From an uncultured bacterium (GTDB lineage: Bacteria > T1Sed10-126): a DNA stretch of 33,579 nucleotides. This document shows, in pieces, positions 30,141 through 33,579 of this stretch; within the stretch, counting starts at the first letter, position 1, and each line of letters opens with the position of its first letter. The stretch lies in assembly GCA_964566495.1 (NCBI GenBank), contig CAZMIT010000007.1, forward strand, positions 1-33,579, read 5' to 3'. Under the pieces are notes generated by a model. That model was given only the letters and a program-made list of their open reading frames with translations, did no database searches and was not told the DNA's origin. A program made the translations under genes and the position numbers.

Positions 30141-31811
30141 TTAATCCCGAAGCTTGTACTGTAAACTACGGCTTCCCAGTAATAACTTATCAAGTTGCTT
30201 CACCTGGTTTACAGAACGTGATCTAACCGTGGGAGCACCAGCTCGCTTTTCCATCAAGGGAGCCAGCAGTGAGCCGGGCACTTCTTCTAATTTTGTTCCC
30301 TCCATCTGTAATTCAACACCAGGATAGCTCAATACGACAGCCAGTTCATTCTGAGGCCGCGTTCGGCTTAACGTTTCGACAAGCTGAGTCAGCGAGCGCG
30401 GCGTCGGCAGTTCACTCACTAACCGACTTGCCGGCATGGCTGTAAACTTCAGGCTGCCTTCGATATTTTCCGGTATGGTGAATTTAAACTCTTCCACAAA
30501 TTCCTCCCCCCGGTAGGGGTCAATCTTAACATAAACCGTCACTTTTTCTCCTGCCCCGAAATTATGAGGTTCAGTCCAGAGTTCTGATATGCGCGCCTCA
30601 CGCTCACCGGGATAAAGTGTCATTCGTACGTCTACTTCTTCTATTTCGGGTACCTCAAACGGATTGTGCCAGAGACGCGAGATCGGCAAAAAAGCCATTG
30701 GGTCGTAAGACATCCGGGACGAATAGAGCCGTTCAAGCTCAAGGTCGGGCGCCTCTTTTAGCTCAAGTTTTAAACTCGTTTCCAGCAAGTTAACGCCCAC
30801 CTGACTGAGCTTTTCCAGGGCAAAATTCCCGGCCACCAGATTTATCAACTCTGGCGACAGGTATTGATTTTGAACAACTTCTACATGATATTCCTCATGA
30901 TATTGTTCAGCCGGATTCTCCACTCGCAGTCGAATCGGCAACATCTCGGCCCGGCGACCAAGCTGGCCCACAACCCCGCCCAGACGATCCTCGGTCACAG
31001 CTCCGATGAGATTACGCGCCGTGGCTATTTTAAAGGAAGACTGAAGACTTGGCATCAATGTCTGCACGCTGGCTGCAGTCATCGGAAATTCAATATTTCC
31101 TTCGCCTATGAAGGGATGACCGAAAGCAAATACATCCCCCTCGTCTACCTCGGTCACTGTACCAATTGAAGTTAAATTAAGGTCGCCTCGAACAAGCTGC
31201 ACCCCCACAGCAGAACCGGCTCCAATCTCCGTCTCTGCCGCCGGCGTCATCTCGGCTGCTGCGCTGCCTCCACCGCTAATAAAATCCACCCGAACGTTCC
31301 GACGTTCAAAAAATTCTTTTACGGCTGGCAGCACTTCCTGACCAAAACCACCGGCGATCAGCGGCGACGCTACACGACTGAGCCCTGCCTCGCCAGTTGC
31401 CAGATTTTTGCTCCGCCGGGCCGCAAACAAATCTTCGGCAGGCGTTACCCCGGCTATAGCCTCCTTCTGGTAGGCCCAGGAATACCCGAGAGCCCCAATA
31501 AGTTTATTGTCAATATAGATTGGGCTGCCGCTCATTCCGGAGAGCACCTGGGTGCGCTCGATAATCGGACTTTCCGCCCGAATCAAAATTAAATCCTGAC
31601 CGGGCATTATGTTTTCTAAAACTCCTAACACTTCAACGGCAAAGGTATCGGGGGCTTCCCCCTCAAACACAGTGAGTCCATAACCCTCTGCACCAACTTC
31701 CAGTTCCTCCACCGGCAGAATGTTAGACTGGCTGGCGGAAGCAGACCCGACCGGCAAAAGTAAAACAACAACTAATAGTGCTGCCTGAATTATTTTTGTT
31801 CGACCGAACAT
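30141..31811 (-). CDS. Secreted SpoIVB-like peptidase S55 domain protein
   Basis: Signal peptide; GYGLTVFEG, SGMSGSPIYIDNKLIGAL, IGTVT, VFAFGHPF. ATG 31811 after GGAGGAG, overlapping the moaC stop (alternative GTG 31814). Confidence 0.88.
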   Translation of the reverse strand: MFGRTKIIQAALLVVVLLLPVGSASASQSNILPVEELEVGAEGYGLTVFEGEAPDTFAVEVLGVLENIMPGQDLILIRAESPIIERTQVLSGMSGSPIYIDNKLIGALGYSWAYQKEAIAGVTPAEDLFAARRSKNLATGEAGLSRVASPLIAGGFGQEVLPAVKEFFERRNVRVDFISGGGSAAAEMTPAAETEIGAGSAVGVQLVRGDLNLTSIGTVTEVDEGDVFAFGHPFIGEGNIEFPMTAASVQTLMPSLQSSFKIATARNLIGAVTEDRLGGVVGQLGRRAEMLPIRLRVENPAEQYHEEYHVEVVQNQYLSPELINLVAGNFALEKLSQVGVNLLETSLKLELKEAPDLELERLYSSRMSYDPMAFLPISRLWHNPFEVPEIEEVDVRMTLYPGEREARISELWTEPHNFGAGEKVTVYVKIDPYRGEEFVEEFKFTIPENIEGSLKFTAMPASRLVSELPTPRSLTQLVETLSRTRPQNELAVVLSYPGVELQMEGTKLEEVPGSLLAPLMEKRAGAPTVRSRSVNQVKQLDKLLLGSRSLQYKLRD

Positions 31812-32302
31812 CACTTCTCCTCCAGTTCAGACGCCTGCCAGTCACCACTGGCTCCGCCTTCTTTTTCCAGTAATTTAACCGCCTTTATTTTTATCCCTTT
31901 TGTCCGCCCCTTACACATATCATAAGCTGTTAAGGCTGCCGCTGAAGCTCCGGTTAGCGCTTCCATCTCCACTCCCGTAGCATCCCGCGCGCTGGCCGTG
32001 ACTTCAATTTTTAATAAATTTTCAACCGGGCGGGAGCAAATTTCTACCTGAACATGCGAGAGATTAATCGGATGAGTCAGTGGAATCAGCTCAGGCGTTT
32101 TTTTTGCCGCCTGAATACCGGCCAGCCGTATCGTCGCGAAAAGTTCCCCCTTCTCCAGTCCCTCCTCAAGTATCTCAGTCAGCTCTCCTTCCGGAAATTC
32201 CACGACTGCTCTGGCCCGGGCTCGTCGATAGCTCGTCGATTTCTCCGTTATATCCACCATACTCACCCGGCCCTCTTCATCCAAATGCGCCAAATCCGAC
32301 AT
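31811..32302 (-). CDS. moaC: Cyclic pyranopterin monophosphate synthase
   Basis: LAHLDEEGRVSMVDITEK, KGELF, AGIQAAKKTPELIPLTH, TGVEMEALTG, YDMCKG, LLEKEGG; start at ATG 32302 after AAGGTGG. Confidence 0.96.
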   Translation of the reverse strand: MSDLAHLDEEGRVSMVDITEKSTSYRRARARAVVEFPEGELTEILEEGLEKGELFATIRLAGIQAAKKTPELIPLTHPINLSHVQVEICSRPVENLLKIEVTASARDATGVEMEALTGASAAALTAYDMCKGRTKGIKIKAVKLLEKEGGASGDWQASELEEK

Positions 32303-32471
32303 TTTCTGCCACCTTTCCCTTTGCATTTATAACTGTTTACCTATCCTCATCACTGTTGTTTTTTCCCTTCAGGCAGGGAACATGATTAGTGGACAGGAAC
32401 CATAAATTTTACCATAGGAACTAAATTATCATAGGAAACATATCTTTCTATCAGAACCTATCGGAACCCCT

Positions 32472-32778
32472 GTCATTGCCCGCCTTGACCAAGCAATCCA
32501 GCACCGCCATTCGTCATTGCCCGGCTTGACCGGGCAATCCAGTACCGCCATTCGTCATTGCCCGCCTTGACCAAGCAATCCAGTACCACCATTCGTCATT
32601 GCCCGCCTTGACCAAGCAATCCAGTGACTTTGATGTTGACTTTAAACATCGTAAATTCAAAGCCACTGGATTCCCGCTTCCGCGGGAATGACAGGACGGT
32701 GGTGCGATTGGATTCACGCTTCCGCGGGAATGACAGGACGGTGGTGCGGGAGTCAAGGACAGACTTCGCAGGGATGAC
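32472..32778. repeat. Tandem REP array (BIME/REPIN-like)
   Basis: Four 41-bp-period units starting 32472, 32513, 32554, 32595, a 41-bp linker, then two inverted 42-bp-period units (32666-32692, 32708-32734) and a degenerate remnant ending GGGATGAC at 32778. Confidence 0.95.
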
Positions 32779-32887
32779 AACTGAAGAAGAGCGAGAAATA
32801 CAATCGGTGTCGTATACCGTCATGGTCGTTAGCTCATCAGACCCAGAGTGACGTCTGCCCAAAAAGATGTTCAAACATTCTGTTATG

Positions 32888-33579
32888 CTAATGTACAAAA
32901 AGCCGGGCCAGCCATTTCAAAAACTTTTTGGTCCTTGCTGCAGAAGCGACCTGCCCCTCGGCCTCGGTCACAAATTGCTCAAAACCGGAGCGACATTTTT
33001 TAAGATCTTCAATTACCTCTCTTTCTCTACGCGCTTTATGTTTTTCGCCCAATTTTTCATATAACTCCGCTATTTGCCGCCGGATTCGCAAGCATTTATT
33101 GACGTGTCGATCCGGACGAGCCAGCCCGATATTTGTGGCAAACCGGTAACGTTTCAGCGCTTCCCTCAACTCACCTTTTAATTCCAGGGTATAGCCGACG
33201 TAATATTTGGACAGAATATTTTTCTCGCACATCGTGTCGGCTCGTATAAACTCGCGATAAGCCTGCTCAACATTGTCCTGGGCAAGTTGAATTTTGCCAA
33301 AATTAAGATGCTTTCGAAAACGGTAACGGTCTCTGGCTGTCCCACCGTAATTTTCTTCCAACCAGTCCTCTTCAAAAGAATCCATTACCATTTTCTCGTG
33401 ATAGGAAAGAGAGCCCCGCGCCGTGGAGTGGTCACAGAGATACTGGCGCCAGAACTGCCAGAATTCCTCGCTGCGAATAGGAATTGAGCCGTCATGAGCG
33501 AGATCGCGATCGTAAAGAGCCCGCTTCTGCGGATCGATAAGGATATTGTAAGCCTGCTTCACCTTTTCAAATTTTTCCC
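32888..33579 (-). CDS. J-domain (DnaJ-like) protein with TPR-like helices, 5' end outside window
   Basis: Frame is open to the window edge: EKFEKVKQAYNILIDPQKRALYD is the J-domain C-terminal helix motif; later LNFGKIQL..AYREF / YYVGYTLE..ALKRY look like TPRs. The HPD motif is not visible. Confidence 0.8.
   Translation of the reverse strand, partial: EKFEKVKQAYNILIDPQKRALYDRDLAHDGSIPIRSEEFWQFWRQYLCDHSTARGSLSYHEKMVMDSFEEDWLEENYGGTARDRYRFRKHLNFGKIQLAQDNVEQAYREFIRADTMCEKNILSKYYVGYTLELKGELREALKRYRFATNIGLARPDRHVNKCLRIRRQIAELYEKLGEKHKARREREVIEDLKKCRSGFEQFVTEAEGQVASAARTKKFLKWLARLFVH

Noticed and set aside
30141..31811. Evidence of sporulation from a SpoIVB-like gene
   Set aside because: No PDZ domain, permuted motif order and no spo0A/recN context; not a SpoIVB ortholog.
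32330..32470. Moco riboswitch upstream of moaC
   Set aside because: AT-rich with no recognisable multi-stem structure; an Rfam scan would be decisive.
32472..32734. Possible CRISPR array (regular palindromic ~30-bp repeats)
   Set aside because: Linkers are only 11-15 nt and nearly identical rather than unique spacers, orientation flips mid-array, the same unit is scattered elsewhere as REPs, and there are no cas genes.

Overview
Bacterial chromosomal window with about 24 genes, no intact mobile element and no CRISPR array. Left half (minus strand): the conserved operon rpsB-tsf-pyrH-frr-uppS-cdsA-dxr-rseP-ispG-proS-polC in Bacillota-like order, preceded by tRNA-Gly(CCC), a terminator and an rpsB (t44-type) leader. 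Right half: two YibE/F membrane proteins, a paaK-ACT-iorAB aromatic 2-oxoacid cluster, hemerythrin plus a Prx6 peroxiredoxin, an L,D-transpeptidase, a 911-aa degenerate HD-GYP protein, a secreted S55 peptidase with a beta-propeller partner, moaC and a truncated J-domain/TPR gene. Many proteins are strongly acidic, suggesting a halophilic anaerobe (inference). Most notable: (1) the PolC proofreading exonuclease appears to have lost two catalytic residues while its PHP metal site is intact; (2) most large intergenic gaps hold a modular composite repeat made of about 19 covarying GTCA-footed REP hairpins, 6/7/8-nt periodic linkers, optional modules and TGTTTAGCG...CGCTAAACA ends; (3) the HD-GYP protein has HD->QD, three internal helical repeats and a poly-Glu tract; (4) the S55 protease is PDZ-less, permuted relative to SpoIVB, and paired with a propeller protein. 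All calls come from motif recognition by eye; no searches were run.
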